Origin: Paraspadella gotoi
Lineage: Eukaryota > Animalia > Chaetognatha
Assembly (NCBI GenBank): GCA_051294375.1
Contig: CM119270.1
Location: 3,378,784-3,442,783, forward strand
Length of the DNA: 64,000 bases
Reading direction: 5' to 3'
Shown: one piece after another, positions 51,501 through 64,000 of the stretch
Layout: every line of letters begins with the position of its first letter
Numbering within the stretch: the stretch's first letter is position 1
The notes under the pieces: model-generated
The model's input: only the letters and a program-made list of their open reading frames with translations
The model's database searches: none
What the model was told of the DNA's origin: nothing
Translations under genes and position numbers: made by a program

Positions 51501-54500
51501 GCCGTCGAGGGGATCCTGGGACGGAAAAAGAGCCGGAAGGTAAGTAGGGAAAGGCGAGGGTAGGTTAGGTTCAAATTGGGGGGAAAGAACCATTCCAGCA
51601 TCTCGATCCGGAATACAGTTTTTTTCGTCTGGATTTGTAAACTAATTCGCCCGATACGATTTATACTAACATTATAATAGATCTTTTAACTCGCTTAACT
51701 TACTTCCTCATCTAGTGAGCACCATGTGAAGCCCCATTCCCGGAAATTACGCCCAGTGACCCTTTTTCCCGTGACCCCTCGTCCATGTGAAACTCCCGCT
51801 CTCACTCGAACAGGGCACGACTAGGAAGTTGAGGGTCCGGTCATTTTCGGCCAGAAATTCGCAGACCCATCAGTTACGTTTTTTAGCCATCGAAGGTCGG
51901 TTCCGTTGATCTCGAGTATCTCGTCGGCCTCGTGGAGGAGGCTGAGGGGTGAGGAGGTAAAGGAGGGGATTAGAAGTCGCGGCGGGGGGAGGGGGATTTG
52001 AGAATCTAGTGGAGATGCTTCGAGATAAAGATGGCGAATGAAACGAGCTGATTTCATTGAATTAATTGATTGTACAATTTGACAGTAGAGAGAAGAGATG
52101 AGAGAGAGAGATTGAAGAGAGAGAGGAGAGAGAGAGAGAGAGAGAGAGACGCGCACACCACACACGTTTAAAAAGACGGCCGGAAAATCATTTCAATGCG
52201 AGCATTGAAATTCTTACACAATTATATTTATTTAATCAAAAATAATCAGGCTCTCCAGTCTCATACACTCCGACCCCACCCCCTCAACTCACCGCTCTTC
52301 TCGGCCGCCCCTCCGGCGACTATCCGGCCGATGATGCGCTCTCGCCGTCGTTCCGGACGGTGGCGCGAGAGGCTCGTTGGTCTTTTGTATGCGAACGATT
52401 TTGATGGATTCTTCGCCGTACTGAGTCGCGCGTCGTAGAGGGGGTCGTCGTCCCTGGGGGGAAGAGGTGGGGGGTTGGAGGGAAGTGGTGGGGGGCGGAG
52501 GGAAGAGGTGGGTGGAGAAGAGGTGGGGGGTGGAGGGAAGTGGGGGGCGGCGGAGTTTGATGTCGATTCCAATTCGGATATGAATGGTCGACAAATAAAA
52601 TCGTAATAATTGAACAAGAGAGATCATACGTGGGAAAAAAAAAAAGTGGAAGAGAAGAGTGAGCAAGAGAAGAGGCGGGAATCTTTCTCTATCGTGACTC
52701 ACTCAATTTAAAATGGACTAAAATTGTTCAAGTATAAGTATTACAACATTTTTTTGGTATTTTTATGATCAGATAATTTAACAAGTTCAATTTTTTTCAA
52801 CCCGTTACGTCGTACTGGGATTGACCCCATTTAAATTATCTTAACATGTAAAAGCATTTTTTTTGAAAAAGAAGTTCTTAATTCAAGTAATTAAATTCAC
52901 CTGGAACCGACGAGTGGTCCTCGGTTGACATGCTCCTCAGCGATGCCGTCGTGTGCGGCGAGCAACGCCTCCAGATGCGGCAACGCCAGGAGTTGGCTCA
53001 ACTCTCGAGCCTCTGGCGCCGGCGGAGATGAGCCTCGCGTCGTCCAGGGTTTCAACTCGCTGGAGTAATGATGTAATGATGATGTAATGATGATGTAGTA
53101 AAGGTTTAAATTTTTTACCCAAATTGAGAACGAGAGTTAAAACTTTAAAAAATTGCAAAAACTGATATCATTATATAGAAAACTTTTAATTAATAAAAAG
53201 GCCGAGTCTGCTTCATCATTAGAGTAAGTTTGAAAAGATGGAAAGAAAAAAGCGAAAAAAGAAAAGAGAGAATGAGAAAAAAATAGAGAAAAAAGGTCCA
53301 TTCATTAATAAATATATGAACCATATATCCCATCTTAAGCCCTTATCTATTCCTAACCCAACTTTAAAGCACGACCCATCCCATTTATCCATCAGCTCCT
53401 CACCAAATCCCATTTACCTCAACATCTCCTCGGATCTATCGATCGAGTCCATGGCTTCGGGAGCCACTCCCCGAGCCGACTTGACGATGAGGTCTACGTC
53501 GCCGCCGGGGACGAGGTGTTGGGATAGCCGGTCGTGTCCGTCGACGGCGCGTTGGAAGGACTCGTCGGCTACGAGGTTGGAGAGTAGAGTGATGTCCTCC
53601 AAATCTTTGGGGTCGCGAAGGAGTCCCGATTGGGCTTGGGTCTGGAAGAGGGGGAAGAGAAATGGATGATCGTGAAATCGATTAACGTTTTAATACATAA
53701 AATTAGTAATTTTGTTACATAGTTTTTAGGCTTTCCGCATTGACAAAGAATAATAACGTTCGAATTCATGTAATGAAGCACAAGAACTACGTACATAGAA
53801 CGGATAGATTTCTATATCAGACGCCCGTATTTAAAGTTGAAACATGAGTAAAGTGCCTGATACGAGATAATTTGAGCGTTTAACTAAATTTGGACGTAAC
53901 GAATTAGTAAAACATGAAACCCGAGTAAATTCAACGGGCATAAAAACCAGCACCGCTACTTAAAATTTAAAGCTCTTTCGTCGAGCTGTCAATTTAGGAT
54001 TTGATTGGTGCAACCGTCCATTCTTAGCAACGTATTGCTAAATTTGGGGACAATCGCTACTTGAATTTAACATTTCCTGCCTGGCTCAATCCTTACTCTT
54101 TTACTTCCCAATTTTTTGAAAAATCAATTCTGCAAAAACTCTCGAAATCCAATCTAAACTTAGCAGCAGACTCATTTTATACCACCAATTAATTAAGTGA
54201 CATCCTCATCATGTTTAACCGCTGCACCCTTGAAAAATTAACCTCCAAATGTTTGACGAATTTCTTGAGTTTCGCTATTTCCGTCTCGGGCGCCCCCTTA
54301 TGCGGCGACGGGGGAAAACCGTGAGGCGGCGAAAGGTGATGCACGTGACCGTTGAGACCGGAAGTGGGGAGTTTCCCGCGCATCGGAAGGGTCGATCCGG
54401 AGACGTTGCCGTAGCTACCGCTGCTGTCGAATTCTGAGGGTTGGGAGGTGAGGGGGAGGTGAGGGAGAGAGTGTGTGTGTAAAAGCTTTAAATATAAGAT

Positions 54501-55463
54501 TTTGCTAATCAAAACTGAGGGAAAAAGATGCATACGAAATGCGACTTTCTCCCGAGAAAGAAAACTCATTCGACATATAAAATTAATACGGCAAAAACGT
54601 TCAACAGTGAAGAAAACAGCCTAGTGTCCTAAAAGGACTCTCGATCTAAACTCTCCAATCCCTTCCTCCGTCTTAAACCTTTCGTCAGATCTCACCGTCT
54701 TCGTCGTAGGCCTCGTTGACGACTCCCGACGGAGGGAGGCTGTCCGCCAGAGCGCGAAGCTTGTTCGATGCTCGGAGGGAAGTTCGGAGGAACTCTTGCT
54801 GCCGAATCATCTCGGCTTCTTTCTCTCGACGAATTTTGAGTTCCTCCTATGGTGTGGGGGAGGGGGAGGGAGAGCAAAGAGAGAGCAGAGAGAGAGAGAG
54901 CAGAGAGAGAGAGAGCAGAGAGAGAGAGAGCAGAGAAAGAGAGAGCAGAGAAAGAGCAAAGAAAGAGAGAGAACAAAGAAAGAGAGATCAGAGAGAGAGC
55001 AGAGAGGATCATTTAAAAATTGTAAGATAAAATCGAAAATAGATTTTACGTTAAGACACAAGTGACTAAGTCTTTCGTCTTTAAGTCTCGTAAATTTTCT
55101 GTCCGAAAAAGAAATATGAATGAATGAATGAATGAATGAATCCATGATAATTCAATATGAATAGAACTAAGATTATATTTAAATAAGAGAACCAAGAGAT
55201 GAATGATATGAAAGAAAATTGCATAAGAAATGTTTGACATGGAAAGGGAGCATGAAAACGGACAGTATTTTTTTTGTATGTCTATCAAGTGATAATGAAT
55301 TTTATCTACAATGGATTATATTTTATCTATGGTATTGATTTATATATTCACCTTCATGTGAAACAGTAAATAAGTCAAAGAAACCTTAGAAAAATAAGAA
55401 ATGAATTAATAAAATCTATTTTTCTATTGAGTCAGGGTAAACAAAACATTGTCTCTTATACTG

Positions 55464-55506
<43 letters not shown>

Positions 55507-57237
55507 GATTCAATTAATAACCCCAGCAGCAGCATCAACATCACTTTCCCTCACTTACCTTGTGCTTCACTATCCGATCCTGTTCCTCCTTGGTAGGTTC
55601 TTGCGACAGCTTGGCCTTTCGAGTCCCGGGCGAATCCCCACCCAAAGACTTGGGGCTGCGATCGCCCCCTTTACCCGCCTTGGCATGGTCGTTGGCCACG
55701 GGCCACTTGGGTCGCTCCTGCCCCTTAAAGCCGGCGGGTACGTCGACGGCAATCTCTCTGTGACCCGTGCCGTTGATGGAGATCATCTTCCCGCCGGCCG
55801 TTGCGAAGGTCCCCGTTGTGGTTGTGGTGATTCAGGTGGTTGTGGTTGAGCTCGAATGCGGGCGCGGTCGTCGTCATGGCAACCAGTTCATCGTCGGATC
55901 CTCTTCCTCTTCCACCTCTCGTCAGTCCGAGCGGCTCGTCGTTGACTGCTGCGGCGGCGCGGAAGCGAGCGGAGACGGCGGGAGGCGACGCTGCGGCGGC
56001 TGGCGCGGCGGAGGCGTGAGCGGGCGAGGCCACCTCCAGCGGCGGGGACATCACCATGGAGACGGTCGCGGGATCCGGCGCCGGATGGGCGACGGAGCTC
56101 GGCGCCGTCGGTTCGGAGAGAAGCGGCGTCAGCAGGAGAGAATCTCTCGACGGCGCCGGTTGCGATGGCAGCGGAGGCGGCAGGGGAGCCGCGCGGTCTC
56201 CTTCGACGGAAGAGTAGAAGTCCTTGGCCGGAGATTCGCCGGAAGAATCTGACGGATCGGCGAAGGGATTTCCGGCGCCGAAACCTTCGTCGTCGTCGTC
56301 GGTCGGATTGAACACGAAGTCGCTCAAAGACAACGAGAGGTCGAGGCGACGCCCTTCGTTCGCGAAATCCTCCGTCGACCAAACCTCCGGAGGATGCTGG
56401 AGAACCTCGTCGACTTCCGGCGAAGGAGTCGAAGAGAATTCTAATTTTTTACACGAGGACGAATCGGAGGAAGACGCCGCAGAAAAAGGATTGTTTTCGT
56501 CGTCGTTGTCGTCGTTATTCTTCGCGTTCGTCGGGCGAAAAGTCGAGAAGGAGCGATGCTCATTTGTCAAAATCGGGGAAGGAGGAGAGGTGAGGACGAG
56601 AGTCGTCGTCGTCCACTCGGCGGCGCCACCGGTTCCATCGCGAGGAGGAGGGGAGAAGTCGAACAGAGGAGCATCCGCGACGGAGGAGGGGTTGACGAGG
56701 TCTTGGACTAAGGAGCGAGTTGGTTCGGTGGTTGGAGGTTCTGGAAGGAAAATAGAAGTCGTAGACAAATATAGCGCTCATAACAAGTTGTTAATATAAT
56801 ATAATATAATTCATAATTCATTTCATTTTATTTTACAATGCCGCTAGGTTTTATGTAAACATATTAAGTCCCTTTACATCAGGAAATATGAAAATGAAAC
56901 CTCATCCAGTAATCTTTTAAAATATTAGCATCAATAAGCCAAACCTTTCAAAAATTAAAGAAGTTTTAACAGAATTTATCGCTAGTTAACCATATCACTT
57001 TGATTACGACAAATATATAAATGATGAAAGCTTTTGATTGTTTACCATTGTTAATTAAGTACGGATTTCGTTGTGCTTTAGACTAAAGCTAAAGTTTAGT
57101 TTTTATTAAGATGCTCCGGTGCTGTGGAGCTTTTGAGTTAGGATCAATTCGTCAAAAATTATACAACTTACTTTTCAAACTGTTTGCGGCTGGGACATTG
57201 ACGTTGGGGTCCAAGAGTTCGAAGGTCGAGTTGTGAT
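48569..57237 (-). CDS. sdt: MAGUK p55 family, stardust/MPP5 (PALS1) ortholog; exons 57237-57172, 56740-55559, 54846-54696, 54433-54243, 53641-53418, 53059-52901, 52453-52293, 51941-51806, 51515-51386, 51315-51114, 50903-50534, 50090-49943, 49294-49140, 48710-48569; start exon not identified
   Basis: Motifs in order: Par6-binding ECR1-like HREIAVDVP; ECR2-like [17 protein letters not shown]; L27 ([24 protein letters not shown]); PDZ ([13 protein letters not shown]...[28 protein letters not shown]); SH3 ([44 protein letters not shown]); HOOK/GK ([40 protein letters not shown]). Several indels. Confidence 0.93.
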
Positions 57238-58242
57238 CTGAAAAAAAATAAAACAAAACTGTGAAAACAGGTGGCCGCTGGTAAAGTTTATAATGAAGAG
57301 CGAAAGGTATTTTTTTGGACCGATTTTAGCCAGCAACTAAATTTGGACAAAATTGGACATTGTTGGCAACGAGACGGGGAAAACAAACACGGATCCTGTA
57401 TATTTTCGTCGGGTACAAAGGCCAGGGATGAAAACAGACCCCAAAAAAAATAGAGAGAGAGAGAGAGACGTTCTCGTCTCAGAAAACGAGAAGGTTCGGA
57501 CCCGACGCAGAGAGAGAGAGAGACACAGAGAGAGTGAGACAGAGACGACGTCGATCTGCTTAATTAACGACAACGCTTTCCTTTTAAATTTGTCGGGAAA
57601 GAATCGAAGATCATAAATTGAAAAGAAAAAGTTTTTTTTTAATCGAAGGAGAAAGAAAATTCTCAAAATCGGTTCAACGCAAAATCATCCAAGTTTCAAA
57701 GTTCACAACAAATATCTTTTTTCTTCTTTTAAGAATCGTGAAAACTGACGAACCCTAACGAAGGGTGACTTAGGATTCACGTGAAATATAGATTCGTCGC
57801 GATCGGGAGAAAAAAAAATCACCGGTTGGATCGAGAGAAGTGAATCGTTAATCCTTATCGGGTGAATTCTGTGATTTTGAAGTGTGAGTCTATTTGATGT
57901 GTGAGAGAGTGAGAGAGGAAAGGAGAGAATTTACTGTTTTTATTTCGTGTATTAATAGAAAAAAAAATATAACGCCCTCCCAAAATTGTAAAAAAAAAAA
58001 AATTCAATCTTTGAACCAAAACGATGAAATGAAAAGAAAACAAAAGAAAAAAAAAACAAAACAAAACAAAAGTATTGGGATTATTTTGACTCGCTGCTGC
58101 TCATCCCGTTTCCGGCGTCGCAGCGGCTGACGGCAGCTGCCTGACGCAGTGTTGCACTTTGTCCGCAAAGGATTCGCTCCGCTGCTGAGTTTCTGCTGCA
58201 ACTGAAGAGCAACATTCCTCGAGCGTGAATAAGGATTCTCCG

Positions 58243-58290
<48 letters not shown>

Positions 58291-59195
58291 GGGACGACTG
58301 AGTGAAAGTCGGTCGGGTAAGTGAAGGAGGCGAGTTCATTCGCTCATTTGGGGTAAGGTGATCGAGCCTATGAAATAAGTGGCTAGTTAAACCAAAAAAA
58401 AATAAATGTATTTTAAAATTTATTTTAAAATAAGTACTAAGGGAGGGATGATACGCTAATTCCGGCGATTGTTAAAAATTCAAGTTCAACTTCAAACAGT
58501 AGTGGAGATAGAAATTGTGAATGAAAGCAAATTAAGCGAAGGCGGAGTCCCAGCGCGACCAAGCAACTTCGGTGAGAAGAAAAAAAAAAGTTTTGTTGAA
58601 CTTTTTTTTTAATTTGAACCGGCGAAAAAAAACTTTTGAGATTTATTCGTTGAAGTAAAATGTTGTAAAAGAACCAGAATAAGGGAAAGTTCACAGTTTA
58701 ATTTTAAGTTTTTTTCAATCGGGATGAAAAAGTTAAACAGTTTTTTTTGCGACGAGCCCTAATGAAACTGTTTTTATTAATATTGCTCGCTAAGAATTTC
58801 GTACAAACGTAAACAATAAGATGAGCAGAGAATAATTGAAAAAGACGAAGACGACGAAAAAACTACAACGACAATATCTTTGCGAAAAATTCGTGAAGGG
58901 ATAACCGACGACGGCCGACAAAATGCTCGATCGGGGCCGATAGAAAAGAGAGAGAGAGAGATGCCGGAGGGTAAGGTTATGTTTTTTATGCAGGTGGGTG
59001 AGGCATCGAAGAAAGTAGAAGGAAGTTTCGTCTCAAGCGAGTGAACGAGAGAGAGAGAGAGAGAGTGAGAGAGTGAGTTTGTTATAATTTTTTTCTTTTG
59101 TAATATCAAATCGATTAGACGAACTGTTGAGAGAAAAGGACCGAGAGAGAGAGAGAGCGAGAGAGACAAGTTTCGTTCGATAATCCTTTTATAAC

Positions 59196-59226
<31 letters not shown>

Positions 59227-59473
59227 GACAATATCATGACGTATATTAAAAAAATGTATAATATTAAAAAAAAAACCAAACTATTCTTCAAAAAAAATTA
59301 TACTATGGCAAAGACGACGACGACGACGACAACGACGAAGGAAATGCTGATTATCCGCCGACGCAGAAATAATCGACAGGAAAAAAAAACTAAACAAAAG
59401 AATAAAAATTTAAAAAAAAAATAGAGAGAAAATGCGGTTCTAAAAATAAAGTCCTCTCGATCACTTTGACAGT

Positions 59474-59705
59474 AGGGACTCTGCGGCGCCAGGGACTCTG
59501 CGTTCCAGGGACTTTGCAGTGCTAGGGACATTGCGACGCCAAGGACTTTGCAATGCCGAGGACTCTATGTCGCCATGTACTCTGCGGCGCCAGGGACTGT
59601 ACGGTCCAAGGACTTTTGCTGAGCCACGAACTCTGCGGCGCCGGGGACTCTGCGGCGCATTTTGCAATTTCGAGGACTTTGCGTTGCTACGGACTTTGCA
59701 GTGCC
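59474..59705 (+). repeat. Degenerate ~16-17-bp minisatellite (GGGACTCTGCGGCGCCA)
   Basis: Repeated ggact(c/t)tgc cores. Confidence 0.75.
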
Positions 59706-60076
59706 GGTCTATAAGGAAGCGATGTTTTTTTTTTTTGCAGTCCTAAGGAAGAGCGGGGCTGAATCATTGCAGTACCGAAAGCTGAGACGAAGAACTTTCG
59801 AAAAACAAAATCATGAGGATATTTGTAAAAAAAAAATCGTAGTCGTTGCTGTCGTCTTGGGGATATCGTTGTTTTTCGTTGGCCTTCAATTGTTGTTGTC
59901 GTCGTTGTCGTTGTTGTTGTTCTTTTATTCTATGTTTTTTTTTTAATGCAGAATTGAACTCGTAATGGAAAGACTTCAGATTCGTAGTAAAAGAAGAGAA
60001 CTTTCGATTTTTTCTGTTTTGATCGAAAAATCCCGCGGCCGAGCTGCGTCACGCGAATGCTTTTAAATAAAAACGG

Positions 60077-60144
<68 letters not shown>

Positions 60145-60192
60145 AAGACACGAACCGAGAAGAACCGGTATACATTCCTTAACCGAATTATT

Positions 60193-60281
<89 letters not shown>

Positions 60282-60600
60282 CTCTTGGGAATTTTGTTGT
60301 CAAAATCCGTAAACAGGACATTTAATTTTCGAGACGTTTCTTCTTTTAAGCGGAATTGATTTAGTCACACTTCTGCGCCGACAAAAAGTCGAATGTCAAA
60401 AAGTCGAGATTTTAAAAGAACTTTTTGGACAAACTAATTAAATGTCAAAAACTTTATAACGTTACGGTAAATATCGCTACGATTTTTAAAGACCGAGTTA
60501 TCTTAATTTACAGTGTTTATAAATCAAGGTTATTTATCTAAGGTTAATTTAAAGTATTTTAATATAAAATAATAACAACAATAACGACCATAAAAGGAAG

Positions 60601-60673
60601 CGCCCAATGTGGGGCTCGAACCCACGACCCCAGGATTAAGAGTCCTGTGCTCTACCGACTGAGCTAACCGGGC
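60601..60673 (-). tRNA. tRNA-Lys(CTT)
   Basis: GCCCGGTTAGCTCAGTCGGTAGAGCACAGGACTCTTAATCCTGGGGTCGTGGGTTCGAGCCCCACATTGGGCG: a 73-nt cloverleaf with intact A/B boxes, anticodon stem CAGGA/TCCTG, and TTTT a few nt downstream. Confidence 0.96.
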
Positions 60674-61308
60674 TTCTGACAGTATGTGTCAGTAACTTTA
60701 ATTTTTAAACAGATTTGGTCGAACGGAGGAAAAGCTAACTTGGGGGTTTTCCGGTTCCCGCGGCATTTAAAAAAAATATCAAAAGTTTGAAAGGTTAAAG
60801 TTTATTGGTTAATGGTTATCGTATATAAGGTATAGATGTAGTAACTGGAAAGGTTTCCCTGAAAATAAATTAGAATGGGACTAATTTGAATTAAAAATTG
60901 TTTTATGGGGAAATAGAAAAACTTGAAAAAAAAGAAGAACATATAAAAAATAGAAATAGAAAAATAAAAAATAAAAAATAGAAAATAGTAAACAAAATTT
61001 AAAAAATATAAAAATATACAAAATGTAAGAAAATAGAAAAAAAGAAAAACAAAGCAAAAAGTTTGATATTGTCAGATTATCTGTAGAATTCATTTGTGAA
61101 TTAAAAAAAATTATTAAGATCTGAGATGACAACATCTTCACGATCTCCATTTAAAAAAATGTACACTTGTCTTTGGTCAGTCTGTCAACGTTTCCGTTTT
61201 TTCCTTGTTGGAATCTCTGTACGTATGTCTGTCCTTATCTGTTTTCCTTTCGATGATTTCGGATAAAACTCTATTAGCTCTGGAAGGGAGCCATTTGGCG
61301 GGATATCC

Positions 61309-61383
<75 letters not shown>

Positions 61384-62698
61384 CTGTAACCTTTAATTTT
61401 CATAATCTGAAATGCCATCCGGTTTATTGAAGTAATGTTTTAGACTTTGTATATTCCCATTTCATACTAATTAATTTTAATCAATTAAAACTCGAACATT
61501 TCTTGAAAAATTTATATTTTTTTGGTTAAAAAAAAAAACAGTAAAGAAAGAAGAATAACAGATGAGATTAAGATTTAAATAATAAATCTAGATTCAGATT
61601 TAATTTCAGACAAAGATTGAATTCGAATTTTGACTGAGATTTGAATTAAGATTCATAATCAGATTCAGATTTCGTTCGTGTTCATTTTCTCGATTTTTGA
61701 CCTCCGACTCTCCGAGGCTTCCGCCCGGTCAGGCACGTTTCAGACTCAGTTGGGAGTGGGGAGCCTTCGAAAACATTCGGCCCGAAACGGCACACCCCAA
61801 CTCATCCGAACACACGAGGCCAAACGGAGTGAAGGGGCGATCCGCGGCCCTCCACGGGTTTTTGCCCTCCGGGTCCCTTTCGGCCGTTTACGACCTCGAC
61901 GTGATTCCTGTAGTCTATCTGATTTATTTAATGTTCATTTTAAAATAAAAATTGAAAATCCGGAATTTAGTTCGGAATTTTTTTTTTCTTCTCTTTTTTC
62001 TCTTTTCTCTCTTCACCTCTTTCTTTTTTTTAGACGTCTTGACGTCGGTCGTCCCGGGTTTTTTCCCACAGACGCCAAAACTCTCTCTNNNNNNNNNNNN
62101 NNNNNNNNNNNNNNNNNNNNNNNNNNNNNNNNNNNNNNNNNNNNNNNNNNNNNNNNNNNNNNNNNNNNNNNNNNNNNNNNNNNNNNNNNNNNNNNNNNNN
62201 NNNNNNNNNNNNNNNNNNNNNNNNNNNNNNNNNNNNNNNNNNNNNNNNNNNNNNNNNNNNNNNNNNNNNNNNNNNNNNNNNNNNNNNNNNNNNNNNNNNN
62301 NNNNNNNNNNNNNNNNNNNNNNNNNNNNNNNNNNNNNNNNNNNNNNNNNNNNNNNNNNNNNNNNNNNNNNNNNNNNNNNNNNNNNNNNNNNNNNNNNNNN
62401 NNNNNNNNNNNNNNNNNNNNNNNNNNNNNNNNNNNNNNNNNNNNNNNNNNNNNNNNNNNNNNNNNNNNNNNNNNNNNNNNNNNNNNNNNNNNNNNNNNNN
62501 NNNNNNNNNNNNNNNNNNNNNNNNNNNNNNNNNNNNNNNNNNNNNNNNNNNNNNNNNNNNNNNNNNNNNNNNNNNNNNNNNNNNNNNNNNNNNNNNNNNN
62601 NNNNNNNNNNNNNNNNNNNNNNNNNNNNTTAACATTTGACTCCGGGGAATACTGTGTTAGAAGCCGAGGTGAAGGCGAAATTAACTTGAGAGACGAGA

Positions 62699-62737
<39 letters not shown>

Positions 62738-63391
62738 CTAATTGTCTGCAAAGCTAATTAATAATGATTCGATAAAAAAAAGTAAAAAAAAATATTTAAA
62801 GTTAAAAAAGTGAAAAGTTTTAAGAAATCCAGAAATCGAGACCGAAATAAAAAAAAAACTTGTTCGAAAACAGATATATTCATTGTTCTTTTTTTTTAAG
62901 TTTTAATTAAATAAATATTAAGAATAATATGAGATTAATGTTTCCCTCTTACGATAGTAATATTTCATCCTTAAACTATAAAGCGAGCGGCGGGAGTTAT
63001 TAAAAAAAAAAATAATCGTGGTTTAATTACGAAATGATGAATGGGTTAACGCTCCGTGACTATTTGCAGTTGATGTTTATCAGTTTACACAGTTGTTTAC
63101 CAGCGAGAGAGGAAGCGATAAGTTGGAAATAACCTTGTACCATCGTCCGAAATACCGGGTGTTTATCCTTTACAGATTTAGTGTTTACGCTGGTGGAAAA
63201 TGAGTGTATGCCTTTTTGTCGACGGAAGAAAGTTGGATAACTTTTTTGTGGGAAAAACTCTTATAAAACTATGTTGTGACAGAAGCAATGTTAAAACTAT
63301 TTTGGGACAGATTAGGCCATTAATTACCTTCAAAGAATAAACTAAGTTTAGTCGATCGAATATTTTTTGATTCGCTAGAGCGGAAAAATCA

Positions 63392-63431
<40 letters not shown>

Positions 63432-64000
63432 CTTTCTCTCTCTCTCTCTCCTCTCTCCTCTCTACTCTCTCTCTCTCTCGTCTCTCTCTCTACCTCTCTC
63501 TCTCTCTTTCTTCTCTCTCTCTCGGATAAAATCACAACGCACAAATCCCGGGAGATCAAGAAATACTTCCACTTGGTGTTTCCTTTTTGTATAGAGAGTG
63601 AAATTCTCTCTCTCTCTCTCTCTCTCTCTCCTCTCTTCTCTCTCTTCTCTCCTCTCTCGTCTACTCTCTCTCTCTCTCTTACTATGTCGTTCACCAAAAA
63701 AAAATCATCTGAAACTTTCATTAAATGTTTTTTTTTCAAACTTAAGCAAGTGAAAGTTAATAGATTAAGCAGTGATCCACCATCAATCGTTGTGAGAAAG
63801 ATTTTGAAAAAGCGACGTGTCGATTTGTCTCACTCGAATTCTACTGGGCGATATAAATACAGTGGGAACGTCGAAAAACAAAATCACACTAATAATGATA
63901 ATAATCGCTTTATTCAATTTTAATCGAAAAATTAATATTGGCTCAGTAAAGATTATGTTTTTTAATAATATTGCTTTAAGGTATTGTCACTGTAGTACTG

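Noticed and set aside
58090-58230. Possible first coding exon of stardust (MLLFSCSRNSAAERILCG...)
   Set aside because: No convincing phase-compatible donor and no recognisable homology.
61680-61910. GC-rich block with open frames
   Set aside because: No recognisable protein similarity or reliable splice pair; could be UTR or a repeat fragment.

Overview
Draft-quality genomic scaffold from an AT-rich invertebrate animal, probably a protostome. It has many N gaps, (CT/AG)n, (GAC)n and (ATT)n microsatellites, and indel errors in GC-rich exons. Spliced genes were reconstructed by hand from GT-AG sites. (1) A PP2A B56/widerborst-type regulatory subunit, with exons 1-3 on the minus strand (30873->13016) and exons 4-8 on the plus strand (220->~10690); the first contig is most likely inverted. 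(2) A tandem pair of 3-exon genes for small secreted proteins (35221-37332, minus) that the ORF track misses. (3) An intact 7-exon, 454-aa 2'-5'-oligoadenylate-synthetase-like nucleotidyltransferase (41632-45902, plus) with a long insertion in the catalytic lobe and a 39-bp array built from its own splice donor. (4) A stardust/MPP5 (PALS1) MAGUK gene (48569-57237+, minus). (5) A tRNA-Lys(CTT). The mobile elements include two families of miniature LTR retrotransposons whose LTRs carry a tRNA-like cassette (Helenus/Cassandra-like architecture; family B has a PBS and PPT, both show 4-bp TSDs, and family A is self-nested). There is also a hAT-type MITE with an 8-bp TSD, DINE-1/HINE-like elements, a degenerate larger LTR element and a Penelope-like remnant with a hammerhead core.
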